A DNA stretch of 64,000 bases from an uncultured bacterium (lineage in GTDB: Bacteria; Babelota; Babeliae; Babelales; Babelaceae): assembly GCA_963848965.1 (NCBI GenBank), contig CAWKFG010000001.1, forward strand, positions 544,001-608,000, in the 5' to 3' direction. Under the pieces are notes generated by a model. It was given only the letters and a program-made list of their open reading frames with translations. It was not told the origin of the DNA and ran no database searches. The translations under genes were made by a program, and so were the position numbers. Each line of letters starts with the position of its first letter. Position 1 is the stretch's first letter. Positions 29,443-40,043 of the stretch are shown here, piece by piece.

Positions 29443-30387
29443 TTAGCCAAAGAAGCAGTTATGTCCGTATGATGTCCAGCGGGCTCCGCAGGTCCAGCAA
29501 AACTCATATTTGCATTGTTGGCAGGTCATATGAGGACATCCGCCATTCTTTTCAATCATAGCTTTGCAAGCAGGGCATCGTTTAGCGCCAGCTTTTTGAG
29601 CAAACTTATCAACTGTATCTTGTGGACATCCACCATTTCCGAAAAGATTTGCCCAGAAAGAGTTACTATGCGGTTGTAAACAACGAGCGCAGTAGGTCTG
29701 CTGACACTTTTGACAGGTCATGTCAGTTGCTATATTACATTCATTAATAAAAGCGAAACCGCATTTAGGATTTGGGCAGTATTTGAGGCCGCGTACCTTT
29801 TTAAGTCCCTCTTCTGCTGCTATGTTATCAAATTCTGAAAGATCTTTTTTGTCCGGTAGAGTTTTTTCTAGATCTTCTCGTGTACACTCACGTCTGCAGC
29901 CAACTTGAGGACATCGTGGTAGATTTTTATCTTTCTTAGATATATTAATATGACCATTAAGGCAATCTCTGCAGAAGCTATGACCGCAGTGTAATCTTAC
30001 TATATCTTCTTTAGCTACTCGATAGTCAAAGCAAATACTACAATAATGATAATTTCCATAATTATAGTAATTATTTGAGTAAGGATCGTTAATCCTTTGC
30101 CCTTTAGCAAAGTAGTCATCAGGATTGGGACGAGCAGAGGGTTCTGGTGCTGTAGCATTTGCAAATTTTTGCTGCTTTACCTTTTTTACAAGGTAATGAA
30201 GTGCAATACCCGCACATATAGAGCCAATGATCCAGGCTGCTATGCGTTTAGTAGAGCGTGTTTTTTTAGCTGGTTTTTCTTCCGTTGGAGTTAATAGGGG
30301 ATCTGAGTCAGATGGTGCTGGGGCGGTAGTAAATACCATGCTTGCAAGGATGATAAAGATAAATGGTCTAAGAGTTGTTTTTTTCAT
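29443..30387 (-). CDS. RBR E3 ubiquitin ligase-like protein, tandem paralog
   Basis: Same architecture; Rcat CPAC..IEKNGGCPHMTC..C..EFCWTC. Confidence 0.9.
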   Translation of the reverse strand: MKKTTLRPFIFIILASMVFTTAPAPSDSDPLLTPTEEKPAKKTRSTKRIAAWIIGSICAGIALHYLVKKVKQQKFANATAPEPSARPNPDDYFAKGQRINDPYSNNYYNYGNYHYCSICFDYRVAKEDIVRLHCGHSFCRDCLNGHINISKKDKNLPRCPQVGCRRECTREDLEKTLPDKKDLSEFDNIAAEEGLKKVRGLKYCPNPKCGFAFINECNIATDMTCQKCQQTYCARCLQPHSNSFWANLFGNGGCPQDTVDKFAQKAGAKRCPACKAMIEKNGGCPHMTCQQCKYEFCWTCGARWTSYGHNCFFG

Positions 30388-30527
30388 ATAATTTCCTTTT
30401 CCTTCAAATGCTGTTTAGTAGAGATAGAGTCTTATATGTAGTTTACTTTAGCATACCCTCCTAGTATAATTCACCAAAATCCTTCTGCAAGTGCTCTTCT
30501 TTTACAAGAAAATTGCCGTGAGCTAAA

Positions 30528-30612
30528 AATATTATTTCATTTTTGGTGTCATTATTGAAATAATATTCTATACTGAAAGATATTATTTCATTTGGGACAT
30601 TATTTTTGAAAT
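30528..30612. promoter_or_regulatory. Inverted/direct repeat operator upstream of the fic gene
   Basis: AATATTATTTCA (30528) and TGAAATAATATT (30556) inverted pair, plus ATATTATTTCA (30580) and TGAAAT (30607). Confidence 0.55.
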
Positions 30613-30624
30613 GAGGCTAGTTTT

Positions 30625-31752
30625 ATGCGTAATACAGGGCATTATGAAGTTATTGGAAACACGGAATACTTTATACCCGACCATTTACCTCCAAAAGATC
30701 CGCCATTGGTAATGGATGCAGAGATAATAGTGCTTTTTGGAGATGCTATGCTGGAGCTGGGTAAACTTAATGAGATGACAAAAAGGTTGCCAGATGATGA
30801 GCGTTTTATAAAGGCATATATTATTAAGGAAGCGCTCCTTTCGTCTTCTATTGAAGGTATTCATACAACACTTGTAGATATTTTTACACAACCGCTTTTA
30901 GAATCAAAGCCGAGTAAGGATACGCAGTTGGTAATGAATTATACAAAAGCGCTTTCTGTAGCGCTTGCGATGATTCAAAAAGAAGAACTGCCTATTTCTT
31001 CTCGTGTTATTTTGAAAGCACATGAAGCTTTGATGCAAACGGGGACCGGTAGTAAGTCTGATCCTGGAAATTATCGAAAGCAATCAGTAAAGGTGGGCAA
31101 TCTTATACCGCCACCACCAATGCGGATTCCTGGCCTCATGGCAGAGCTTGAGCGGTATATGAATGAAGATGAAGCGTTGCCGGTGCTTATTAGAGCAGGT
31201 CTTGCGCATGTCCAATTTGAAGAGATTCATCCATTTTTAGATGGCAATGGTCGTATTGGCAGACTTTTAATTGTTTTAATGCTTGTGCAAAAGGGGATTT
31301 TATCAGAGCCAATATTATATCCTTCTTATTACTTTAAGAAGTACCATTTTGAGTATTATCAACGGTTAGATCGCGTAAGAACGCATGGCGATTTCGAAGG
31401 TTGGATTAAATTCTATCTTGCTGCAGTACGAGAAAGTAGTATTGATGCTCATCGACGTGCAAAGGATATAGAGTTATTAGAAGAAAACTTAGCTTTTATT
31501 ATTAAAAACGAAAAACGTTTTAGTGCTAAAATGAGAGAATTAAGACTTCAGGCGCTTGCTCTTCTGTTTGGCTATCCGATTATTAGTATAGGCGAATTAA
31601 GTGCACAACTTGGTGTATCATATAATACTGCAAGCCAAATTATAACTAATTTTGTTGAGCTTGGGTTTCTTGTAGAAGAGACGCAGCAAAAACGAGGACG
31701 CTTATTTAAATTTAAACCATATCTTGATGTGCTTGAACGAGAATATAAGTAG
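30625..31752 (+). CDS. Fic family protein with N-terminal inhibitory motif and C-terminal HTH
   Basis: HPFLDGNGRIGR Fic motif; SSSIEG inhibitory motif; LSAQLGVSYNTA HTH. Confidence 0.93.
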   Translation: MRNTGHYEVIGNTEYFIPDHLPPKDPPLVMDAEIIVLFGDAMLELGKLNEMTKRLPDDERFIKAYIIKEALLSSSIEGIHTTLVDIFTQPLLESKPSKDTQLVMNYTKALSVALAMIQKEELPISSRVILKAHEALMQTGTGSKSDPGNYRKQSVKVGNLIPPPPMRIPGLMAELERYMNEDEALPVLIRAGLAHVQFEEIHPFLDGNGRIGRLLIVLMLVQKGILSEPILYPSYYFKKYHFEYYQRLDRVRTHGDFEGWIKFYLAAVRESSIDAHRRAKDIELLEENLAFIIKNEKRFSAKMRELRLQALALLFGYPIISIGELSAQLGVSYNTASQIITNFVELGFLVEETQQKRGRLFKFKPYLDVLEREYK

Positions 31753-31968
31753 TGTTTTGACGATTGGATATTTTGGGTAGCAGTTCCAATTTATTTTTGT
31801 CGCATAATTTTTATAAACATGCTTTTAGAGCATTTATTTTATTTAAGAAGCGTTGGAATGTGGTGTAGGTTCTATAAATGTCAGGGCTAAAAAATATTAT
31901 TACTTTTGATGCATAATTTTGTAAGCGCGCAAAATAATATAGAAAAGGGCTTTTGCAAGGACATGAAG

Positions 31969-32373
31969 TCAGTCTTTGTTTCTCCAATTTTCTAGAGAGA
32001 TAACATTTGCCAATCTACCAAATTCACGTATATTAGAGGTTACAAGAATAAGGTTATGGGCAAATGCTGTTCCTGCAATTATACAGTCATAGGCGCCAAT
32101 TATTTGTGATCTTAGACGAGCTCTTAGTAGAGCTGTACAAACTGCTTCTTGAGAATCAAAGGGAACTGTTTCTATCTCTGCAATTAGAGCTTGCCACAGA
32201 GGGCGTAACTTGTTTTCTCGTTCAGGATTGAGCTGTAATCCATATTCAATTTCAAGAACGGTAACGGTGGATACTGCAAGATCACTACTAGAAGATTGCT
32301 TAAAACGCTCGATAGTATAAGGTATTTTCTTAAAAAAGTCTGAAATAACACAGGTGTCAAGAAGATACTTCAT
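31969..32373 (-). CDS. vapC: VapC PIN-domain toxin
   Basis: YLLDTCVI, EIEYG, IGAYDCIIAGTA, LVTSNIREF, LENW. Confidence 0.92.
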   Translation of the reverse strand: MKYLLDTCVISDFFKKIPYTIERFKQSSSSDLAVSTVTVLEIEYGLQLNPERENKLRPLWQALIAEIETVPFDSQEAVCTALLRARLRSQIIGAYDCIIAGTAFAHNLILVTSNIREFGRLANVISLENWRNKD

Positions 32374-32606
32374 TGTAAAGGGTCCTCATCTGGCTCTATA
32401 AGACTTTCGCGCAAAGATGTAAAGTCTGGTATGTCAGATACTGGCTCAAATTCAAAAAAGTGTGCAGGCCACTCTCTAGGACCATGTTGCTTAAGCCATA
32501 ACTCTAGGGCTTCATTAATAATAGAATTCCTGCTTTTATTTAATGTTTTACTGAGTTTATTAACTTGTTCAGCGAGTTCTTTCTTAACATAAACTGTAAG
32601 GTTCAT
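32370..32606 (-). CDS. Ribbon-helix-helix antitoxin (VapB-like)
   Basis: MNLTVYV..SRNSIINEAL RHH pattern, acidic tail, 4-bp overlap with vapC. Confidence 0.85.
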   Translation of the reverse strand: MNLTVYVKKELAEQVNKLSKTLNKSRNSIINEALELWLKQHGPREWPAHFFEFEPVSDIPDFTSLRESLIEPDEDPLQ

Positions 32607-32628
32607 ATCTCCTCCAAGCTTTATATAT

Positions 32629-32647
32629 TATGTTATAATATAACATA
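32629..32647. promoter_or_regulatory. Toxin-antitoxin operator palindrome
   Basis: TATGTTATA-A-TATAACATA just upstream of the antitoxin RBS. Confidence 0.65.
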
Positions 32648-32954
32648 TACAACTATTCAAAGTCAATATCAAAAACCCAAAACCATTATTCGTGTCCCAT
32701 AATTTTTAGAACAACATCCTTCTTAAAAATAATATTTCTATAGCAATCAAGAACTCGTTTTGAGCGAATAAAACTCTCTGCTATAGAAATGAATAAGATT
32801 TCTTATAGTGTTTAAATTCTTTCTTTATTTGTTCAGTTTTAAGTATGATTCTAACACGGGCCATAGATCTTGATAAAGTATAGACTTTGCCTTTTTTCTT
32901 GGTTATTTCCCCAGCATTTACCTTATTTGCAAGATTCCAGGGTAAAGCTGCTTT

Positions 32955-33935
32955 TTAGAATGCTATGCTCATATTGAGCCACCACAGGAAGACTTTGGTA
33001 TCAAATCGTTTTAACAACCCTATATTAAAACCGGTACCAATTATCATAGGTGTTGCACGATTAAGAAATATATGAGCAAAGCTTGCATATATATTGTTGC
33101 GAAGGAAGGGTTTACTTGTAATCTCTTGGGATTCTAGAATTAGGGCTTGATTAGTAAATAAAGTTAAACCATAGCCAGCTTCAAAAATGTTTTTCTTTTC
33201 TCTATAGTTAAGGATAAAGAGTAGATCAGTTCCATTACCTGGTTGAATACGAGCATTGCTAGGAAACCATTGTCTACTAAAGAAATGTAAGAATCTATTT
33301 TGAAAGGCTACAATAAGTGAGCGTTTGAGGGTGTTTATAAAACTATAGGCAATCTCTGATCCAACTCCTATACTAAAAAACCGTGTCCCTACTAAGGGGT
33401 CTTGTACTTCAAAAGAAGAGACTTTCCTGCGTGTTGGAAAGCCAGCAATGCCATAAAGCGTAAATTGTGTGTCTTTATTAAGGAGAAAATTGCGACCAGC
33501 TGAAAGTACAATGTCATCTATTCCTGTGCGAGAGAGGGAAAAATTTGTACTGCCACGAGATTCTGCATGCTCTCTTTCTATACCAGTCGTAACTTCTGCC
33601 CACCAAACTCTATTATATATATAACGAATATTGAAAATAGCTCCGCCAGATAACCGTTTTTCAAATATATTTCTTTCAAGCCCGAGGCTGTTATCAACAA
33701 TATGTCGTTTTCGCTTATAAAAAACAGGAACAACAGAACCAACAAGTCGTGATTTCTTTTTTTGTAATAGAGAAGTAGAAGTACCTACAGCAAAGGCCCG
33801 TCGTAGTCTCATGTTATACACAAGTGATGTACCATAGAGAACCTGAACGAAAATGCTACTCATCATACAGCTAGTTAATAAGCGTTTATAATTATTCATG
33901 ATATATAAAAGAGTACTGATATAGTATGTTACCAA
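32955..33935 (-). CDS. Probable outer-membrane beta-barrel protein
   Basis: Alternating amphipathic strands, aromatic-rich, ends in WWLNMSIAF. Confidence 0.6.
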   Translation of the reverse strand: MVTYYISTLLYIMNNYKRLLTSCMMSSIFVQVLYGTSLVYNMRLRRAFAVGTSTSLLQKKKSRLVGSVVPVFYKRKRHIVDNSLGLERNIFEKRLSGGAIFNIRYIYNRVWWAEVTTGIEREHAESRGSTNFSLSRTGIDDIVLSAGRNFLLNKDTQFTLYGIAGFPTRRKVSSFEVQDPLVGTRFFSIGVGSEIAYSFINTLKRSLIVAFQNRFLHFFSRQWFPSNARIQPGNGTDLLFILNYREKKNIFEAGYGLTLFTNQALILESQEITSKPFLRNNIYASFAHIFLNRATPMIIGTGFNIGLLKRFDTKVFLWWLNMSIAF

Positions 33936-34079
33936 AAAATAGTATGAAATATAGTGTGTATTGTCTAGTTCTTTATATAACTTTTAGAAAAGGAGGGCCG
34001 TTGCTTTACTATTTAAAAAGATATATATTCCAAATAAGTATGATATATAAAAGGATGTTTTAAAAGAAAGGAGCAGATT

Positions 34080-34265
34080 ATGAATATTAAACTTATAGCA
34101 GGATTGCTTATAGCTGCAGCTATCTCTTTCTTAATAGGGTATATACTTTTTAATTTAGCGCTGCCGCCCTATGTAAGATTTCTTATAGTTTCCTTGTTTG
34201 GTTTTACTGCATTTTTATTTAAAGCTACTTTATTAGAAAAGTTAAAGAGAGTTTTTCATTTTTAG
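34080..34265 (+). CDS. Small 2-TM membrane protein
   Basis: AAGGAG RBS, two hydrophobic helices, followed by a terminator. Confidence 0.7.
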   Translation: MNIKLIAGLLIAAAISFLIGYILFNLALPPYVRFLIVSLFGFTAFLFKATLLEKLKRVFHF

Positions 34266-34276
34266 AAGGTGTTAAA

Positions 34277-34304
34277 GAAGGGATGTCTTTGAGGACATCC
34301 CTTC
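34277..34304 (+). terminator. Intrinsic terminator
   Basis: GAAGGGATGTC-tttgag-GACATCCCTTC. Confidence 0.75.
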
Positions 34305-34601
34305 AATTTTAAAGCTAATAATTATTGTTGTCGCACAATTTAATAAAACTCTTATAACTAAGATATACTAATGTCCACTTAAGAGTTAAGAGGACATTAA
34401 ATAATAAAGAATTTCACCCTACATATTATCAAGATAACCTTTTCTAGTATTGCTACTAATAGTTTCTTCATCCGTGTGCTCCATGCTTCTTAATCGGAGA
34501 TGGCCCTAAATTCTTTAGCAGAGACGCAACTTTGGCGGGCTAGATGCCGCATAATTGAAGATAGAGCATCACAAATAGCATTTCTATTTAAAATAGCAAA
34601 A

Positions 34602-34997
34602 CTATTTTATTCTTTTCTCTGTGCTTTTAAGAAGCTCTATTATTTCTTTATCGCCATAGTCCGCAGCATACATTAAAGCCGTTTTACCATTATTATCTTT
34701 AGCATTAACATCTACTCCTGCATTGATGAGCATTTCTACTATATCTTTACTTCCTACGGCTGCTGCCCATATTAAAGCAGTATAACCATTACCATCTTGA
34801 GTGTTAACATTTGCTCCTTTATTAAGAAGCATTTTTACTATATCTTTATGTCCTCTTAAATGAGTAGTAAATTGAACAAGCTCTTTTTGAAGCTCTTGAG
34901 GTAAAAGGTCTAGATACGTCTCTGGCTGTATTTCTGACTTCATACTTACGGTATAGGTGCTCCAGCTTAGCATTAGTATAATCCATACCTTCTTCAT
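34602..34997 (-). CDS. F-box-like/ankyrin family member with an in-frame internal deletion
   Basis: TYLDLLPQELQKELVQFTTHL fused directly to RGHKDIVKML; helical domain missing. Confidence 0.8.
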   Translation of the reverse strand: MKKVWIILMLSWSTYTVSMKSEIQPETYLDLLPQELQKELVQFTTHLRGHKDIVKMLLNKGANVNTQDGNGYTALIWAAAVGSKDIVEMLINAGVDVNAKDNNGKTALMYAADYGDKEIIELLKSTEKRIK

Positions 34998-35086
34998 AAT
35001 TTCCTTATGTCTTTTATTTATTGGTTCTCCCATTTGAATATTATGGTCAAAATCTCTTCTTTATAAATCTTCCGTATACTTATTCT

Positions 35087-35473
35087 TTATTTTGTATGAT
35101 TAAATTTCTCTAAATACTTTAAGAGGATTTGATAGTAAATATCACCTTCTTTACTTAAAGAAGTTGCTCCTGGCATTGAAGCTTTAGACTGCGTAAAGCG
35201 TCGTGCAGATTGTTTAATTCTATTAAACAGTTCTCGGCTTTCTGCAGAAAGAGCATGGCGTAATGTTCTTGGTGCTGGAGTCACTGCTTGGTATCCTCCT
35301 TCAGATTTATAATAGGATAGGTACTCCTTAAACTTTTGTAGTTCCTGAGGATGTGCTTGTGCAAAATTATCAATAGCTCTTTGAGTATCATATAAAACTT
35401 TAGAAAGAGATTCTCTACTAAAAGTTTCTCCAGCTGAAAGTATACATATACCTAAGATAAAATTTTTATACAT
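35087..35473 (-). CDS. Secreted hypothetical protein
   Basis: Signal-peptide-like N-terminus; AAGGGA RBS. Confidence 0.65.
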   Translation of the reverse strand: MYKNFILGICILSAGETFSRESLSKVLYDTQRAIDNFAQAHPQELQKFKEYLSYYKSEGGYQAVTPAPRTLRHALSAESRELFNRIKQSARRFTQSKASMPGATSLSKEGDIYYQILLKYLEKFNHTK

Positions 35474-35783
35474 ATTATCCCTTTCTTTTTTTTGCCTATA
35501 CTATAGTACCATACTAAATTATTTTATAGCCAAATTGCAATATTTGAATGGGTGACAAGGAGAGCTTAGGCAGGCTATAGTAATCTGCATTATTATGAAA
35601 TGTAGCACCGTTTTGACTGGCGGGCATCGGCTATCATAAGCAATTTTATTATAGTTCTATTTTGCTGTCTGGCATAATCTAAAGCAGTCATATTTTTACT
35701 ATGTACAACTGGTACTTCGGTTTGCTTTTTTATTTCTTAGCATCGGGAATAGAAATACTCCACTAACATGCTACTATTATTTT

Positions 35784-36815
35784 TTACTGTTTTGCTCCAT
35801 GCTTCTTAAGCAATTCTACTATTTCTTTATTCCCACATTGTGTAGTAATCATTAAAGCAGTATAGCCGTATTTATCTTGAACATTAACATCAGCACCTGC
35901 ATTGATGAGCATTTCTACTATATCTTTGCTCTCATCATATACAGCAAATATTAAAGCAGTTTTTCCATCTTTGTTTTGAGCGTTAACATTTGTGCCCTTA
36001 GCTATAAGTAGTTCTGCAACATCCTTGTGCCCTTTGCACAAAGCATCCATGTAATGTCCCCTTCTATACACAGCATCCATAAAAGGAGTTTTATCATATT
36101 TATCTCGAGCATCAATATTAGCACCATAAGACAGAAGTATTTCTATTATATCTTTTTGACCAGCTCGAGCTGCCCAGTGTAAAGCTGTATGCCCAAGGTT
36201 ATCTGCGTGATGAATATTTGCCCCAGCCTTAATAAGCGTTTCTGTTATATCCTTATGGCCTTTTTGGGCAGCTCGATGTAATGCAGTAAGACCATACTTA
36301 TCTTGAGCATTACTATTAATACCTTTAGATAAAAACTCTTGTACTGTGTTTATATCTCCTTTTTCTGCTGCATCTATAAACTCCCGTTGCCTTAAAGACT
36401 CTAAAGCGCCTGAAGTATTTAATTCTTGTGCTATATTTTTTAGTTCTTTAGAAGGATCTTTGCTAGATAATTCACTAATAAGGATACGATTAAAATTAGG
36501 GCTGTTGAAAAAGAACGCTAAATCTTTATCGTTGGATAAAGTTTGCAGCGCATCTATGGCATTAGTATAGTCTTGTGTCTTTATAAGCTCTAATTGTTGT
36601 TGTAAGGTATTAAGAGCTTGCGAACTTTTAATGTTTGCAGCTTCCCTTATTCCTTGCAACAACTCATCGATAGTAAGAACATTGCTTAAATTAGTAGTAA
36701 ATTTAACAAGTTCTTGCTTCAGCTCTTGCGGTAAGAGTTTTAAATAGCTCTCAAGCTGCATTGCAGATAAAGGAAGGCTATATCCTATTACCAGAGCTAT
36801 CATTATTTTCTTCAT
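35784..36815 (-). CDS. F-box-like/ankyrin family member
   Basis: Signal, MQLESYLKLLPQEL, FNSPNFNRIL, ELNTSGAL, about 6 ankyrin repeats. Confidence 0.9.
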   Translation of the reverse strand: MKKIMIALVIGYSLPLSAMQLESYLKLLPQELKQELVKFTTNLSNVLTIDELLQGIREAANIKSSQALNTLQQQLELIKTQDYTNAIDALQTLSNDKDLAFFFNSPNFNRILISELSSKDPSKELKNIAQELNTSGALESLRQREFIDAAEKGDINTVQEFLSKGINSNAQDKYGLTALHRAAQKGHKDITETLIKAGANIHHADNLGHTALHWAARAGQKDIIEILLSYGANIDARDKYDKTPFMDAVYRRGHYMDALCKGHKDVAELLIAKGTNVNAQNKDGKTALIFAVYDESKDIVEMLINAGADVNVQDKYGYTALMITTQCGNKEIVELLKKHGAKQ

Positions 36816-37017
36816 TAGATTGTCTTTCAAATATCTTTATTCTACAAATTTCTTGTTCTTCCACAATTTAAATAATCCAAATTTTATAAAAATTAATTTT
36901 TATTGCATGTTTATGTTCAATTTAACTTGATTTTGGTAAAAATGCAATAATTGTGATGTTTAAGAGATGATGCATTGTTCTGCTAGATAAACACGGGTTG
37001 TAAGAAGTAGTTTTATT

Positions 37018-37158
37018 AAGCCCTTGCATAATCTAAAGCAGTCATATCATTACTATCTCGAATATTACTATCTGCGCCCATATTAACAAGCATGATTACT
37101 ATTTCTTCAAGCATTAATAGCACCTTGATACTTTAATAAAAGAGCTACAATAGCACAC
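37018..37158 (-). pseudogene. Ankyrin remnant
   Basis: Minus strand reads AIVALLLKYQGAINA and EEIVIMLVNMGADSNIRDSNDMTALDYARA. Confidence 0.6.
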
Positions 37159-37337
37159 TGAAAGTTATCTTATGACGAAAATGGGCAAACACAGCTGTTT
37201 CTAATTAATCTAATTGAAGGCTTAGATGCCATTATAAGTATCGACTTTGTTTTAGTTGACGCATGATAGTTGCTGCTATAAAATTTATAAGGAGATGTAG
37301 AAATAAGTAAAAATGTACCAAAATTGTTAAGGAAGAG

Positions 37338-38363
37338 ATGAAAAAACTCATATTAGTAGTGCTAGGATGGTCTGTTTCTACTTTTAGTATGCAGCCTAAA
37401 ACCTATTTAGATATTCTATCGCAACAGCTTCGACAAGAGATTGTTAAATTTATCACTGACCCACAAGATGTTTTTGCTTCAGAAAACGAAAACATAGCAA
37501 AAGAATTAAATACTTCAGGCGCTCTAGAATCTTTAAGGCAACGAGAGTTTATAGATGCAATAGAAAGCGAAGATATAAAAGCAGTAAAGGACCTTTTAGC
37601 TGCAGGTATTAATAGTGATGCTCAAGATATCTATTACGGGCTTACCGCTTTGCATTGGGCTGTTGGAAGAGAAAACAAAGAATTAGTAGAGGTGCTTCTA
37701 TCATTTGGCGCTAATGTTAATGCTAAAGATGTATATACAAATACTGCTTTAATGGATGCTGCAGAAAGTAGTAAGCATATATTTGTTACAGACGTTAATG
37801 CTAAGAATAGACATAAAGATATAGTAGAAATGCTTATCAATGCAGGTGCTGATATTAATGCTAAAGATGGATATGGTTATACTGCTTTAATGAAAGCTGC
37901 ATATAAAGGAAATAAAGCAGTAGTAGAATTGCTTCTGTTATCTGGCTCAGATGTTAATACTAAAAATAGTTTTGGCAATACTGCATTAATGCGTGCCACT
38001 AAATATATATATGGTAATAAAGACGTAGTAGAAATGCTTATCAATGCAGGTGCCGATGTTAACGCTAAAGACAACTATGGTAGAACTGCTTTAATGTTTG
38101 CTATATTGTTTATCAATCATAGCAGTATAGTAGCGCTACTTATAGCTAAGGGCGCTGATGTTAATGCTCAAGATGGAATTGGCAATACAGCTTTAATCTA
38201 TGCTGCAGACGATGGCAATAAAGATATAGTAAAAATGCTCATCAATGCAGGTGCTGATGTGAATGCTAAGAATAATGATGGTCAAACTGCTTTAATGGCA
38301 GCTAAGCATCGAGGCCGTAAAGAAGTAGAAGAGCTTCTTAAAAGACAAGAAGCAAAAGAATAA
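37338..38363 (+). CDS. F-box-like/ankyrin family member with a shortened helical domain
   Basis: MQPKTYLDILSQQL, then jumps to ENIAKELNTSGAL; about 8 ankyrin repeats. Confidence 0.9.
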   Translation: MKKLILVVLGWSVSTFSMQPKTYLDILSQQLRQEIVKFITDPQDVFASENENIAKELNTSGALESLRQREFIDAIESEDIKAVKDLLAAGINSDAQDIYYGLTALHWAVGRENKELVEVLLSFGANVNAKDVYTNTALMDAAESSKHIFVTDVNAKNRHKDIVEMLINAGADINAKDGYGYTALMKAAYKGNKAVVELLLLSGSDVNTKNSFGNTALMRATKYIYGNKDVVEMLINAGADVNAKDNYGRTALMFAILFINHSSIVALLIAKGADVNAQDGIGNTALIYAADDGNKDIVKMLINAGADVNAKNNDGQTALMAAKHRGRKEVEELLKRQEAKE

Positions 38364-38367
38364 AGAG

Positions 38368-38499
38368 CTATCTTCCAGGGCTTTTAATTTTTTCTTCCGC
38401 TTCAAGGGTTACAATGGTACCATGATCTAATGTAAGCTCCTTCATTGCTGCTAAAAGAGAGCCAATTTCTCTGTGCTGAGTTTCTCTCATCCTTTAAGG
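38368..38499 (-). pseudogene. 3' remnant of an AAA_14/DUF4143 ATPase like 51218..52531
   Basis: Minus strand reads REIGSLLAAMKELTLDHGTIVTLEAEEKIKSPG versus REINSLLIAMKELKVGYGTIITLEEEGEIQSPE. Confidence 0.8.
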
Positions 38500-38761
38500 A
38501 AATTATAATAATTGGTACTAATATTTGCCTCAGAACTTCTAAAAAACATAGAAATATGACAAGTGTTTATATGCCTATCCTTGCAAAATCATGTAGCTCT
38601 AGCTCGGCAAAGTTATATCCTTAAAACCATCTTAAAAATGAGCAATTACTGTTGTTCTCATCGAGCTTATCAAAGGAAATGACGCTATAACTATTGCTTT
38701 TATTTTATTTTATGCATTATAATTGCTAATATAAAATTAATAAAACTCTGGGGGAACAAAA

Positions 38762-39959
38762 ATGAAAAAACTATTAATTATAGTGTTAGGGCGGTCTGTT
38801 TTTACCATAGGTATGCAGCCTGAGACTTACTTAGATGTCTTACCACAAGAGCTTCAAAAAGAACTTATTCAATTTACTACTAGTTTACAAGACATACGTA
38901 CTTTTGAAGAGTTACAAGAAAAACTAAATGAAATACAACAAAAGGCTGTGCATCTTAAGAGGCTTTCTTCTTTAGTACAAGCTCTTAACAACCTACAACA
39001 GCAACTAAAATATATAAAGAATGCAAACTATACTAATGCTTTAGCTGCGCTGCAAACTTTATCCAAAGATAAAGAATTAGAGTTCCTTTTTAATAATCCT
39101 GATTTTAATCGTATTCTTATTAGTGAATTATATAATTCTTCAGCGCCAGAAAATATATTAAAAGATCTAAATACTCCTGGTGCTTTAAAATGGTTGAAGC
39201 AACTAGAGTTTATAGATGCAGCAGGGAAAGGAAGTGTAAAAGCGGTAAAAGAGTTTTTAGATGCAGGCATTAATAGTAATGCTAAAAACAAAGATGGTTA
39301 TACTGCTTTAATATATGCTACATCTAATGGCTACAAAGATATAGTAAAGCTACTTCTAGCTAAGGCAGATATTAACGCCAATAACTATGGGACCGCTTTA
39401 CACCGAGCTGCTGTAGCTCGGCATAAAGATATAGTAGAGATGCTTCTTAATAAAGGAGCAAATGTTAACGCTCAAGATGGTTTTGGCAATACTGCTTTAA
39501 TAATAAGCTGCGTTGGGACATAAAGATATAGTGGAACTACTTATAAATGCAGGCGCAGATGTTAATGCCCAAGGTTATTGCGGTAAAACAGCTTTAATAG
39601 AAGCTGTGCAAAGAGGAAATAAAGAAATAGTAGAAATACTCATTCAAGCAGGAGCAAATGTTAATGCTCAAGATTATGAAGGTCTTATTGCTTTAATAGA
39701 TGCAGTAAATAATGGACATAAAATTATAGTAGAGATGCTTCTTAAGGCTGGTGCAGATGTTAATGCTAAAGATAAGATTGGACGTACAGCTTTAATGTAT
39801 GCCGCTTTGCACGGACGCAAAAGCATAGCAGAACTACTCATTAAAGCTGGTATTGATGTTAACGCTCAAGATAATGATGGCCAAACTCCCTTAATGATTG
39901 CTATACAAAGAGGGGATAAAGAGATAGCAGAACTACTTAAAAAACATGGAGCAGAATAA
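38762..39959 (+). pseudogene. F-box-like/ankyrin family member split by a frameshift near 39500
   Basis: ORFs 38762..39523 and 39513..39959 join into one continuous ankyrin array ending ELLKKHGAE. Confidence 0.85.
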
Positions 39960-40043
39960 ACTACACAACTTTAATTTGTGCTGCCGCTACAAGATATTTC
40001 TTGTTCACATTCAAAATACTATTGTACAACATGGCCGTTTCAT

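Noticed and set aside
35672..37040. GCATAATCTAAAGCAGTCATA repeated at ~35672 and ~37026 as Xer sites
   Set aside because: Explained as the antisense of ankyrin MTALDYA codons in two remnants
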